Origin: Patescibacteria group bacterium
GTDB lineage: Bacteria; Bacillota; UBA4882; JAAYXC01
NCBI GenBank assembly: GCA_050260175.1
Contig: JBLNBS010000053.1
Location: 9,815 to 73,814, forward strand
Length of the DNA stretch: 64,000 nucleotides
Direction of reading: 5' to 3'
Part shown: positions 40,218 through 49,720 of the stretch, one piece after another
Numbering within the stretch: position 1 is the first letter of the stretch
Layout: each line of letters starts with the position of its first letter
Program-made: the position numbers and the translations under genes
Notes under the pieces: generated by a model
Told to the model about the DNA's origin: nothing
What the model saw: the letters and a program-made list of their open reading frames with translations, nothing else
The model's database searches: none

Positions 40218-42050
40218 TTGGTGACCGAGGCCGATCTCAGGGTCCTCCCGGCCAAGCCCGGCGTCTACCTCATGCGCAACGCGGAGGGGGACGTCATCTA
40301 CGTCGGCAAGGCCCGTTCCCTCCGAAGCAGGGTGCGTTCGTATTTCCAGGACTCCCGTCCCCTGGATCCCCGCATCCGTCTCATGGTCGGCCAGATCGAC
40401 CGTTTCGAGTTCATCGCCACCGCCTCCGAGGTGGAGGCATTGGCGCTCGAGTCGAACCTGATCAAGGAGCACCGCCCCAGGTACAACGTCAAGCTGCGCG
40501 ACGACAAGCAGTACCCTCTGCTTAAAGTGACCTGGCGGGACGATTTCCCCGAACTGCTCATCGTGAGGAGGGCCAAGGACGACGGGGCGCGCTACTTCGG
40601 CCCCTACACCGATTCCGGCGCGCTCCGCGACACGCTGCGGCTCCTGCGCCGGCTCTTCCCCATCCGTGGCTGCCGGCGCAGGATCGGCGTGGACAGGGTG
40701 GATAGGCCGTGTCTCAACCACCACATCCATCGCTGCCTGGCGCCCTGCGTGGGCGCTGTGTCAAAAGAGGAGTACCGGGCCATGATCGGGCAGGTCTGCC
40801 TCTTTTTGGACGGCAGGCAGGACGAGCTGGCCCGGCAGCTCGAGGACGAGATGGGGCGCGCCGCGGCAGCGCTCGACTACGAGCGGGCGGCGGCCGTCCG
40901 CGACCGCCTGGCCGACGTGCGCAAGGTGGCGGAGCGGCAAAAGGTGGTCTCACCCGGCGGCGAGGACTTTGACGTGCTGGGGCTGGCCGTGGGCGCCGAG
41001 GGCGCCCTGGTGCAGGTCTTCCCCGTCCGCCGGGGCAAGCTCCTGGGCCGCGAGCACTTCCTTCTCACCGAAGGGATCGGGACCGCCGCCGCCATCCTGC
41101 AGGCCTTCATCCTCCAGTACTACGCCTCCGTCCCCGAGATCCCGCCCACCCTGCTCCTGCCCGAACCCCTAGAGGACCGGGAGGCCGTCACGGCCTGGCT
41201 CGAGGCCAAAAGGGGGGGTAGGGTCCGCCTCCTCGTCCCCAAGCGCGGCGAAAAAAAGGCCCTGGTGCAGATGGCCATGGAGAATGCCGCCCTCCTGGAG
41301 GAGCAGGAGAGGGTCAGACGATCGTATGCCGGGGAACGCGCGGCAGCGGCCCTGTTGGAGTTGGCGCAAAAGCTGGATCTTCCCGGGCCGCCCCGCAGGA
41401 TCGAGGCGTTCGACATCAGCAACATCCAGGGCCAGCAGGCCGTGGCCTCCATGGCGGTCTTTCTCGACGGCAGGCCTGCGCCCGGGGAATACCGGCGGTT
41501 TCGCATCAGGACGGTGGAGGGGGCCAACGACTATGCCATGCTGCAGGAGGCCGTCATGAGGCGGTTCCGGCGCGGCGCGGCCTGCCGGGACGGGGGGGAA
41601 CGGAGCGGCTTTGCCGACTTTCCCGATCTCCTCCTGATCGACGGCGGCAAGGGCCAGCTCAACGCGGTACTGGACGCGCTGCGCGGCATCGGCGCGCAGC
41701 CCCATGCCATCGGTCTGGCCAAGGAGAACGAGGAGATCCATCTGCCCGGCCGGGCCGCGCCGCTCGTCCTGCCGCGGCAGTCCGAGGCGCTCCGCCTCGT
41801 GCAGCGCGTCAGGGACGAGGCGCATCGCTTTGCCCTGACCTATCACCGCGCGCTCCGGGACAGGCGGACCAGCGCCTCGGCCCTGGACGGGATCGGCGGC
41901 ATCGGCCCCAGGCGCAAGCAGGCCCTCCTGCGCCGGTTCGGCTCGGTGCAAAAGATCATGGAGGCGACGGTTGAGGAACTGGCGGAGGTCGAGGGTATGA
42001 CCAGGCAGGCGGCCCAGGCGGTCCACGATGGACTGCGCCGTGAAAGATGA
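40218..42050 (+). CDS. uvrC: Excinuclease ABC subunit C (UvrC)
   Basis: GIY-YIG N-terminus (PGVYLMRNAEGDVIYVGKA), UvrBC domain, RNase H-like and HhH domains. 610 aa. Confidence 0.95.
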   Translation: MVTEADLRVLPAKPGVYLMRNAEGDVIYVGKARSLRSRVRSYFQDSRPLDPRIRLMVGQIDRFEFIATASEVEALALESNLIKEHRPRYNVKLRDDKQYPLLKVTWRDDFPELLIVRRAKDDGARYFGPYTDSGALRDTLRLLRRLFPIRGCRRRIGVDRVDRPCLNHHIHRCLAPCVGAVSKEEYRAMIGQVCLFLDGRQDELARQLEDEMGRAAAALDYERAAAVRDRLADVRKVAERQKVVSPGGEDFDVLGLAVGAEGALVQVFPVRRGKLLGREHFLLTEGIGTAAAILQAFILQYYASVPEIPPTLLLPEPLEDREAVTAWLEAKRGGRVRLLVPKRGEKKALVQMAMENAALLEEQERVRRSYAGERAAAALLELAQKLDLPGPPRRIEAFDISNIQGQQAVASMAVFLDGRPAPGEYRRFRIRTVEGANDYAMLQEAVMRRFRRGAACRDGGERSGFADFPDLLLIDGGKGQLNAVLDALRGIGAQPHAIGLAKENEEIHLPGRAAPLVLPRQSEALRLVQRVRDEAHRFALTYHRALRDRRTSASALDGIGGIGPRRKQALLRRFGSVQKIMEATVEELAEVEGMTRQAAQAVHDGLRRER

Positions 42051-42081
42051 TTAGTTCGAGTTAAATATTCTTGATTTGGAG

Positions 42082-42110
42082 ATTGAAATTTTATCCCTGG
42101 GATGGTACAA
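42082..42110 (+). promoter_or_regulatory. Promoter: TTGAAA, 17-nt spacer, TGgTACAAT (extended -10), for the DUF2089 operon
   Basis: AT-rich island between the uvrC and DUF2089 genes. RBS GAGGAAGGGA before ATG 42135. Confidence 0.45.
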
Positions 42111-42134
42111 TGTTTTTGAGGAAGGGATCAGCCC

Positions 42135-42551
42135 ATGGCCGAGGAGAGTGCGCCCCAGGCCGCCGATCTGCGCGAGATGCCCAATCTCTGTCCGGCATGC
42201 AACCGCGAACCGGTCGTCACCGAGCTCGTCTGCCCGGCGTGCCAGGCGTCGATCAGGGGGCGGTTCGTCCTAGGACCCCTGGCCCGTCTGCCAAGGGACA
42301 TGCAGCGCTTCCTCCTCCTCTTTGTACGCTGCCGCGGCAACATCCGGGAGGCCGAGCGGGAATTGGGCCTTTCGTATCCCACGGTCAGGGCGCGCCTGGA
42401 TCAGCTTATCGCGGCCCTGGATTCGGACGGGCAAACCGGGGACCTTACCGCCGCGCGCCTGGCGATCCTGTCCCGCCTGGAAAAGGGCGAGATCGGCGCC
42501 GCCGAGGCGGCGGGGCTGATCAGGGATATAACCCGGCAGATGGGGAGGTAA
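42135..42551 (+). CDS. DUF2089 protein (zinc-ribbon plus HTH)
   Basis: CPAC...CPAC ribbon followed by GNIREAERELGLSYPTVRARLDQL. Confidence 0.7.
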   Translation: MAEESAPQAADLREMPNLCPACNREPVVTELVCPACQASIRGRFVLGPLARLPRDMQRFLLLFVRCRGNIREAERELGLSYPTVRARLDQLIAALDSDGQTGDLTAARLAILSRLEKGEIGAAEAAGLIRDITRQMGR

Positions 42552-42557
42552 TGCCGT

Positions 42558-43205
42558 ATGAGCCGCAGGATTGGCTTTGGCATCCTTTTGATTCTCGTGG
42601 GGCTTGGGCTGCTTTTTTTGCTCGCCTCCGGATACTCCTGGGACTGGGCAAGGATGTGGCCGCTCGTCCTCGTGCTTTTGGGGCTCCTCGACCTCATCGA
42701 GCACGGCTGGCGCGGCCTGCGCGGCGGGGGCGGTTTTCTCATCCTGGTCGGCATTTTTCTCCTCTTCTTCACCCTGCGGGTATTGCCCTGGTCTCTGCGC
42801 CAGGCCTGGCCCGCGGGGCTCATTCTGCTGGGCATTGTGAGCCTCTTTGGCGACGGCCCGAGCCTGCCCTGGGCGATCGTCCTCGTCGGCGGCGGGGGGT
42901 TCCTGCTCGCCCTGACCACGGGCAACCTGCCGGGAGGATGGCGCCAGTTCTGGCCCGTGGTGCTGATCCTGGCGGGCCTGGCGGCCTTGGTCGGGCGGGA
43001 TGACAGGTCGCCGCGCGTGGCCCGTGTGCCCGCGGCGGACCAGGCACCCTTCCGGCACGCGCAAACGGCCGGGGGGGACGAGAGGCTGGCCGTCCTGGCC
43101 CGGATCCGCGCCGGCGAGATCAGCGTCGAGGAAGGGGAGGCGATCCTGGACGGCCTCAAAAGCCGGCAAACCATGCGCAAGAGCGATTCCGGCCATGACG
43201 AATGA
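42558..43205 (+). CDS. Membrane protein with a LiaF/DUF2154-like N-terminal TM domain and a C-terminal SHOCT-like motif
   Basis: Four to six TM helices. C-terminal ERLAVLARIRAGEISVEEGEAILDGL. Confidence 0.6.
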   Translation: MSRRIGFGILLILVGLGLLFLLASGYSWDWARMWPLVLVLLGLLDLIEHGWRGLRGGGGFLILVGIFLLFFTLRVLPWSLRQAWPAGLILLGIVSLFGDGPSLPWAIVLVGGGGFLLALTTGNLPGGWRQFWPVVLILAGLAALVGRDDRSPRVARVPAADQAPFRHAQTAGGDERLAVLARIRAGEISVEEGEAILDGLKSRQTMRKSDSGHDE

Positions 43206-43332
43206 GGAGTCTGTTATTCGCAAAACACCGCGATATACACGAAAACGAATGCGATATATCACATGATTATCGGCAGCTGATTTGATCATGGCGCATCGGG
43301 ATTTACAGGATTCAGTAAAAGGAGTGTCCCGT

Positions 43333-44349
43333 ATGAAAGAGGAGCGCGAGGCGATCCTGCGCATGCTGGCGGAGGGCAAGATCACCCCGGAGGAGGCGGC
43401 GTCGCTCCTGGACGCCCTGGACGGCCCGGGGCCGGAGGCGGCCCGGGGGGCGGGCCAACGCGCCGGCGCCGGCAGCGGCTGGATCGACGGCATCACGGAT
43501 TTTGCCGGCCGGATGGCCTCCTGGGGCGCGGAGTTCGGCGCCAGGGTCTCCGAGGAGATCAGGGAGGGACGCGTGCCGGCCCTGCGCTGGCTCTCCGAGT
43601 GTTTTGACGGCCGCGAGACCGTGACCGAGCGCGCGGGCGGATTCGACCAGGACGAGGTGGAGGTGGCCTGCTCCTGCGAGGCGGGCTCGTTTTCGCTGCG
43701 CGGAGGAACGGAACAGGGATTCTCCGTCAGCGTCAGGCAGCGTTTCGGCGCCGAAGGGGGGCCGGCCATCGAGGCGGACGGCGGGCGGCTGCATGTCAGG
43801 GGCAACGGCATCGTGCGGGCGGAGATCGTCCTGCCTCGGGCCAGACGCTACCGGCTGAACCTGCGCTCCAACGCGGGCAGGCTGGAGATCGAGGGCCTGT
43901 CCGTGACCGGGGGGCGCCTGTCCACGGATGCGGGCAGCGTCAGGGCTAGGGACGTCGAGGCGGGCAGCCTGTCCATCGAGTCCGCCGCGGGCGCGGTGGA
44001 CCTGAGCGGCCTCGCCGCCGGGGATCTGCGGGTGAGGACCAACTGCGGCCGCATCCACCACCGGCCGGCGCCTGGCGCGGGCGGCAGCCACCGCCTGGAG
44101 ACGGATCTCGGCGCCATCAACGTCATCGTGCCCGCCGCTTCCGGCCTGGGATGCAGGCTGCGGGCCGAGGCGGGCCTCGGCAGCATCTCGTGCGGACCGG
44201 GTTTTGCCGTGCTGGAGGAGACGCGCGCCGTCGGACGGGGGTTCCTCTCCGCCGAGAGCCCCGGCTTTGCCGCGAGCACGCGGCGCCTCGAACTCGAGCT
44301 GCGCACGAACTGCGGTTCCATCAGGGTCGGCGAAGGCGCGGGCGCCTGA
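43333..44349 (+). CDS. SHOCT plus DUF4097 (YvlB-like putative adhesin/beta-helix) protein
   Basis: RBS AAAGGAG. N-terminal MKEEREAILRMLAEGKITPEEAASLLDAL (SHOCT). C-terminal repeated beta-strand units. Confidence 0.7.
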   Translation: MKEEREAILRMLAEGKITPEEAASLLDALDGPGPEAARGAGQRAGAGSGWIDGITDFAGRMASWGAEFGARVSEEIREGRVPALRWLSECFDGRETVTERAGGFDQDEVEVACSCEAGSFSLRGGTEQGFSVSVRQRFGAEGGPAIEADGGRLHVRGNGIVRAEIVLPRARRYRLNLRSNAGRLEIEGLSVTGGRLSTDAGSVRARDVEAGSLSIESAAGAVDLSGLAAGDLRVRTNCGRIHHRPAPGAGGSHRLETDLGAINVIVPAASGLGCRLRAEAGLGSISCGPGFAVLEETRAVGRGFLSAESPGFAASTRRLELELRTNCGSIRVGEGAGA

Positions 44350-44355
44350 GCGGAC

Positions 44356-45162
44356 ATGCCGATCAAGCTCCTCCTCGTGGATCTCGACGACACTCTGTTA
44401 GGCGGGGATCAGACGATCTCGCCCGCCAACCGCGAGGCCCTGCTGCTCGCGGCCGGGCGGGGGGTAATGGTCGCCCTCGCCACGGGCCGCATGTACCAAT
44501 CCGCGCGGCCGTATGCCGAGGAACTTGCGCTCACGCTCCCCGTGATCGCGTACAACGGCGCCCTAGCGCGGCCGCTGTCCGGCCCGCCACTCTGGCATCA
44601 GCCCCTGGCCAACGGCGTTGCCCGGGCACTCCTCGCCCGCCTGGCCCGGTACGACGTGACGGTCAACCTCTACCTCGAGGACGAGCTGTACGTGGCCCGT
44701 CTGGATGAGCGCGCCGCCGCGTACGCCGCCAACACCCGCGTGCGCGCGATCCCCGTCGGCGATCTCGGGGCGTTCCTGGGGAGGCGGCGGCCCACCAAGC
44801 TCCTGGCGATCGGCAGGCCCGAGACCGTAACGGCGCTCCGCCTCCGGCTCGGGGAGGAGTTCCGCGGGCGGGCGGAGATCGTTCCCTCCAAGCCCGCCTA
44901 CCTCGAGATCATGGCGCCCGGCGTCACCAAGGGGGCCGCTTTGGCCCGGCTCGCTTCCGGGCTCGGCATCGCCCGCGACGAAACCATGGCCGTGGGCGAC
45001 GGCCCGAACGACCTCGGAATGCTGGCCTGGGCCGGGATTGGGGTGGCGGTGGGCAATGCCGCCCCCGAGGTCCTGGCGGCCGCGGCGCGCGTGGTGGCGC
45101 CGAGCGGCCGCGACGGCGTGGCGGAGGCGGTCAGGAGGTTCATCCTGGAGGATAGAGGTTAG
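44356..45162 (+). CDS. Cof-type HAD-IIB phosphatase
   Basis: LLLVDLDDTLL motif I and C-terminal GDGPNDLGML. Confidence 0.85.
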   Translation: MPIKLLLVDLDDTLLGGDQTISPANREALLLAAGRGVMVALATGRMYQSARPYAEELALTLPVIAYNGALARPLSGPPLWHQPLANGVARALLARLARYDVTVNLYLEDELYVARLDERAAAYAANTRVRAIPVGDLGAFLGRRRPTKLLAIGRPETVTALRLRLGEEFRGRAEIVPSKPAYLEIMAPGVTKGAALARLASGLGIARDETMAVGDGPNDLGMLAWAGIGVAVGNAAPEVLAAAARVVAPSGRDGVAEAVRRFILEDRG

Positions 45163-45315
45163 AAGTTGGAGGTTGGAAGTTAGAAGAACCCATCCATGGA
45201 TGGAACCGATCCATCCAATCCCAGGGCCATGCATGGTCTTTCGTGAGATTAGCGGCGTCCTTTAGGGCGTCGTTGGCTATCCTCCAACCTCCATCTTCCA
45301 ACCTCTCAAACCCCT
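45146..45315. repeat. Palindromic repeat array: purine-rich GAGGTTrGAAGTT units, a central CCATCCATGGATGG palindrome, then the complementary pyrimidine-rich units
   Basis: The left arm overlaps the stop codon of the HAD gene. The right arm carries TCCAACCTCCA and CTTCCAACCTC. Confidence 0.5.
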
Positions 45316-45650
45316 TCCTCCCCTCCCACTATGTACAAACCCGTGTTTAGCAGGACTTTAGCTCGGGGGCGCGAACTATGCTGGCGTAACAAAGCGAGGA
45401 GCAAGCCGCTCCTCTCGCAGCGCTCGACCGCCTGCCAAGGCTCCGGTCACTGAGCCATGACGGGCTTGTATGCAGGGACGGGGAGAGAAAGGAGGTGAAT
45501 CCGGAAGATTTTTGCGTGCTTCCCAAGAGGAGGCGGATCCCGCGATCCGGCGGGCCGGGAAACGTAACTTGGCGTTGTTTCGCGGACGCGGACCGCCGGG
45601 CCGGCTCCTCCAAAGGCTCAACGCACAGAGCAAGAATCCAAGGAGGAAAC

Positions 45651-46643
45651 ATGTTGATGAAGAAGCACATCATCGCAGCAATGGTCGGCGTGATGATCCT
45701 GGCCGTGACGGCTCCGGCCTTCGCGGCGGCCAACGTCGGCGGCACCCTGAACTTCGGCTACTCCTACGACACGCCCAGCGTGTACGAGAACGCTTCCAGC
45801 GGTTGGGGCGTGAACCTGAACGGCAACGTCAGCGACGACGTCTCCTTCCGGCTCGGTTTCGAGCAGGATCCGGCGGCCGATGACGGTTACCTGCCGCCCG
45901 TTAAAACGAATGCCATGCCCGACCTGAGCGAGGCCTGGATCCAGGCCAAGAACACCCCGGTCGGCACCGTGAAGCTCGGCGCCTTCGACATGGCTTTCGG
46001 CGAGAGCAACGGCATCTACTGGGAAGGATTCAACAACGGCGACGAGGATCGCCCGATCAACGTCCAGATCGACAACGAGCTCGCGGGGATCAAACTCTCC
46101 GGCGGCATGCAGATGGAGAACGTGAGCGAGATCGCTGCCGTCGGCGCCTCCGCCAGCCTCAAGCCCATGGAGGGACTTGACGCCACGGTCGGCGTGGCGG
46201 CCGAGCGCGCGGCCGGATGGGATCCCGCCGTCGGCTACAGCGCGACCTATACCGGCATCGAGAACCTGGCCCTCGGCCTCAAGGGCAACCTGGCCTACGA
46301 CGAGATCGTCGGCAGCGCCGAGTACGAGATCATGCCCGGCATCAAGGTGAACGGCATGTACGGCCAGAACTACTGGGACGTTGACGACCTCGCGGTCGGC
46401 GAGATCAAGCAGGCCGGCGTCAGCGCCGCCTTTGGCAACCTGCACGGCGGCGCCTCCTACGAAATGGTGACCGATCGCGTCGAAAACGGCATCAACACTG
46501 GCGACCACACCGTCATCCGCGTGAACGGCGGCTACGACCTCGAGCTGACCAAGGGCCTCACCCTCGGTCTGAACGCCGGCTACAAGGTGGACAACGGCAA
46601 CCCCTACACCACCGTCGGCGCCACCGCCGGGATCAACTTCTAA
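45651..46643 (+). CDS. Outer-membrane beta-barrel (porin-like) protein with a C-terminal Phe
   Basis: RBS AAGGAGG. Signal peptide. Alternating hydrophobic beta-strand pattern. C-terminus ...TVGATAGINF. Confidence 0.65.
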   Translation: MLMKKHIIAAMVGVMILAVTAPAFAAANVGGTLNFGYSYDTPSVYENASSGWGVNLNGNVSDDVSFRLGFEQDPAADDGYLPPVKTNAMPDLSEAWIQAKNTPVGTVKLGAFDMAFGESNGIYWEGFNNGDEDRPINVQIDNELAGIKLSGGMQMENVSEIAAVGASASLKPMEGLDATVGVAAERAAGWDPAVGYSATYTGIENLALGLKGNLAYDEIVGSAEYEIMPGIKVNGMYGQNYWDVDDLAVGEIKQAGVSAAFGNLHGGASYEMVTDRVENGINTGDHTVIRVNGGYDLELTKGLTLGLNAGYKVDNGNPYTTVGATAGINF

Positions 46644-46832
46644 GCCACGGTTCCATGCGGGGGGCCCCCGCCCCTCGCGTACATAGGGCTCGCAGCTCGT
46701 CGTCGGTTTCTCGTCGCTTGATGGCTTCAAGACATCCGGTCTTCACAAACGAGGCACGTTTTTGCCCAAGGCGCCGGCATTGAACTCACCCGCCACTCTT
46801 GACCCGCTACCCGCGGCACATGACTCTAACCC

Positions 46833-46890
46833 CATGCCTCACGCCCTATGCTTCCACGCCTCACGCCTCATGCCTCACGCCTCCACGCCC
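46833..46890. repeat. Short tandem heptamer-like repeats (CACGCCT / CATGCCT) followed by a T-rich tract
   Basis: CCATGCCTCACGCC ... TCACGCC TCATGCC TCACGCC TCCACGCC. Confidence 0.4.
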
Positions 46891-46981
46891 CCTTTTTTGT
46901 TTTTGCAAAGAAGGAAATTACAGATTGACGTAGAAGAATAGGCTGTCGATCAATCCGGATCAAACCAAGGGAGGACGGGTT

Positions 46982-48085
<1,104 letters not shown>

Positions 48086-48104
48086 TCGCCCTTTCGCCGG
48101 GCAC

Positions 48105-48136
48105 GGGCGCGGGCCTTTGCGGCCCGCGCCTTTTTT
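48105..48136 (+). terminator. Rho-independent terminator: GGCGCGGGCC, loop TTTGC, GGCCCGCGCC, then six T residues
   Basis: Lies 20 nt after the msmK-type stop codon. Confidence 0.75.
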
Positions 48137-48237
48137 CCGGGATTTCAAAAGCACCTTCGAAAATTCCGGCACCGTTCCTTGTCGCCGCCCGCCCCCCGCC
48201 GCCATAGGATGATGCAGCGGGAGAGGGGGCGAGGGCA

Positions 48238-48615
48238 TTGCCGCAAGACGGAACATTGGAGCTATTAGTCCAAAATGCCTGGGTGGTCGAGACGCTCAAA
48301 GCCCTGGGGAGCGGCCACATGCTGCACCTTTCCTTTGCCCGCGACCAGGTGGAACCCGAGACCCTGGCCCTTCTTGTCTCCGGGGAACTTGGACCGGGCA
48401 CGCCGGGGGAGATCCTGACGGCAGGCCGTACCCTCAAGCGGGTGGCCGTCTTTGAGCTGCAAAAGGTGAACGACCTCAAGGGTTTCATCCGCCTGGACTT
48501 CAGGCTGCTATCCGTGACACCCTTCATCCGCGACGGTGTGCGGCATGACGGCCGCCGTTACCTCTGCTCCTACCGGCGCGAGCAGTCCGCGCCGCAGCCG
48601 CCGGAGCAGGAGTAG
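48238..48615 (+). CDS. Hypothetical protein. Start uncertain (TTG 48238 or ATG 48319).
   Basis: High GC3 and natural composition. No motif I can name. Confidence 0.35.
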   Translation: MPQDGTLELLVQNAWVVETLKALGSGHMLHLSFARDQVEPETLALLVSGELGPGTPGEILTAGRTLKRVAVFELQKVNDLKGFIRLDFRLLSVTPFIRDGVRHDGRRYLCSYRREQSAPQPPEQE

Positions 48616-49033
48616 GAGAGCCGGAGCCGCGTATCCTGTGTGGGTGAGCAATAGCCTACTCCGCCGTAGCAGCCGGGATGGCTGCGTAGGCTGGACATTG
48701 CGCCCTCCCCCACCGCGGCCGCCGGTACCCCGACCCCCGGCGCATCGGCACGGCGGGCGGGAAAAAGAGAGTCTAGCCCAGAACCATCGGCAAATGGCCG
48801 GTTTTTACCGGGAGGAGTTCGCCCCCCCCTGTCGAACTAGAGGCTGGAAGGCCGGCTGGAAACACCGGCGCCACGCGCCTCAGGGCGGAACAGGCATGGA
48901 TGATGCAGGGGTGGCATCGTACAGGCTCCCGGGCTCACGCCCGCGCCGGGAGCCTTGGCCGCCCATCCCGCAGGTTCAGCGGACAAGCCCCAGGGATCGT
49001 TCTTGAAATCTACGGCGACGGCGGTGTCGGCAT

Positions 49034-49720
49034 TTGATCCAGATGCACAATCTCTCCAAGATATACGGCAACGGGGTTGTGGCCCTGGCCAACGTGACGC
49101 TCTCCATCGCCAAGGGCGAGTTCGTCTTCCTGGTGGGGCCGAGCGGCGCCGGCAAGTCCACGTTCATCAAGATGGTGATCCGCTGGGAACTGCCCACGGA
49201 AGGCACGGTCATCGTCGGCCGCAGGAACGTCGCCCTTTTGCGGCAGCGCGAGATCCCATATTTCCGGCGCAATATCGGCGTCATCTTCCAGGATTACAAG
49301 CTTTTGCCCAACAAGACGGTGCACGAGAACATCGCCTTCGCGCTCGAGGCCACCGAGGCCTCCCAGCGCGAGATTTCACGGCAGGTACCGGCCGTGCTGG
49401 ACCTGGTGGGCCTGGCCGACCGGGCCAACCTGCGGCCGGCCGAGTTGTCAGGCGGCGAACAACAGCGGGTCTCCCTGGCCCGCGCCATCGTCAACCGGCC
49501 GCTGCTTCTTTTGGCCGACGAACCCACCGGCAACCTGGATCCGGACACTTCCTGGGGGATCATGGACCTGCTCCTCGAGATCAACAAGCGCGGCACGACG
49601 GTGGTCATGGCCACCCACAACAAGGAAATCGTCAACCGCATGCGGCGCCGGGTGATTGCGCTGGACGCGGGGCGCGTGGTCAGGGACGAACAGAAGGGAG
49701 TTTACGCGGTTGAGGGGTAG
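49034..49720 (+). CDS. ftsE: Cell-division ABC ATPase FtsE
   Basis: MIQMHNLSKIYGNG..., Walker A GPSGAGKST, signature LSGGEQQRVSLARA. Confidence 0.9.
   Translation: MIQMHNLSKIYGNGVVALANVTLSIAKGEFVFLVGPSGAGKSTFIKMVIRWELPTEGTVIVGRRNVALLRQREIPYFRRNIGVIFQDYKLLPNKTVHENIAFALEATEASQREISRQVPAVLDLVGLADRANLRPAELSGGEQQRVSLARAIVNRPLLLLADEPTGNLDPDTSWGIMDLLLEINKRGTTVVMATHNKEIVNRMRRRVIALDAGRVVRDEQKGVYAVEG

Noticed and set aside
45347-45745. 132-aa minus-strand ORF across the porin leader and start
   Set aside because: It overlaps the strong RBS and start of the porin gene, has low-complexity Ser/Ala/Pro composition and no start context.
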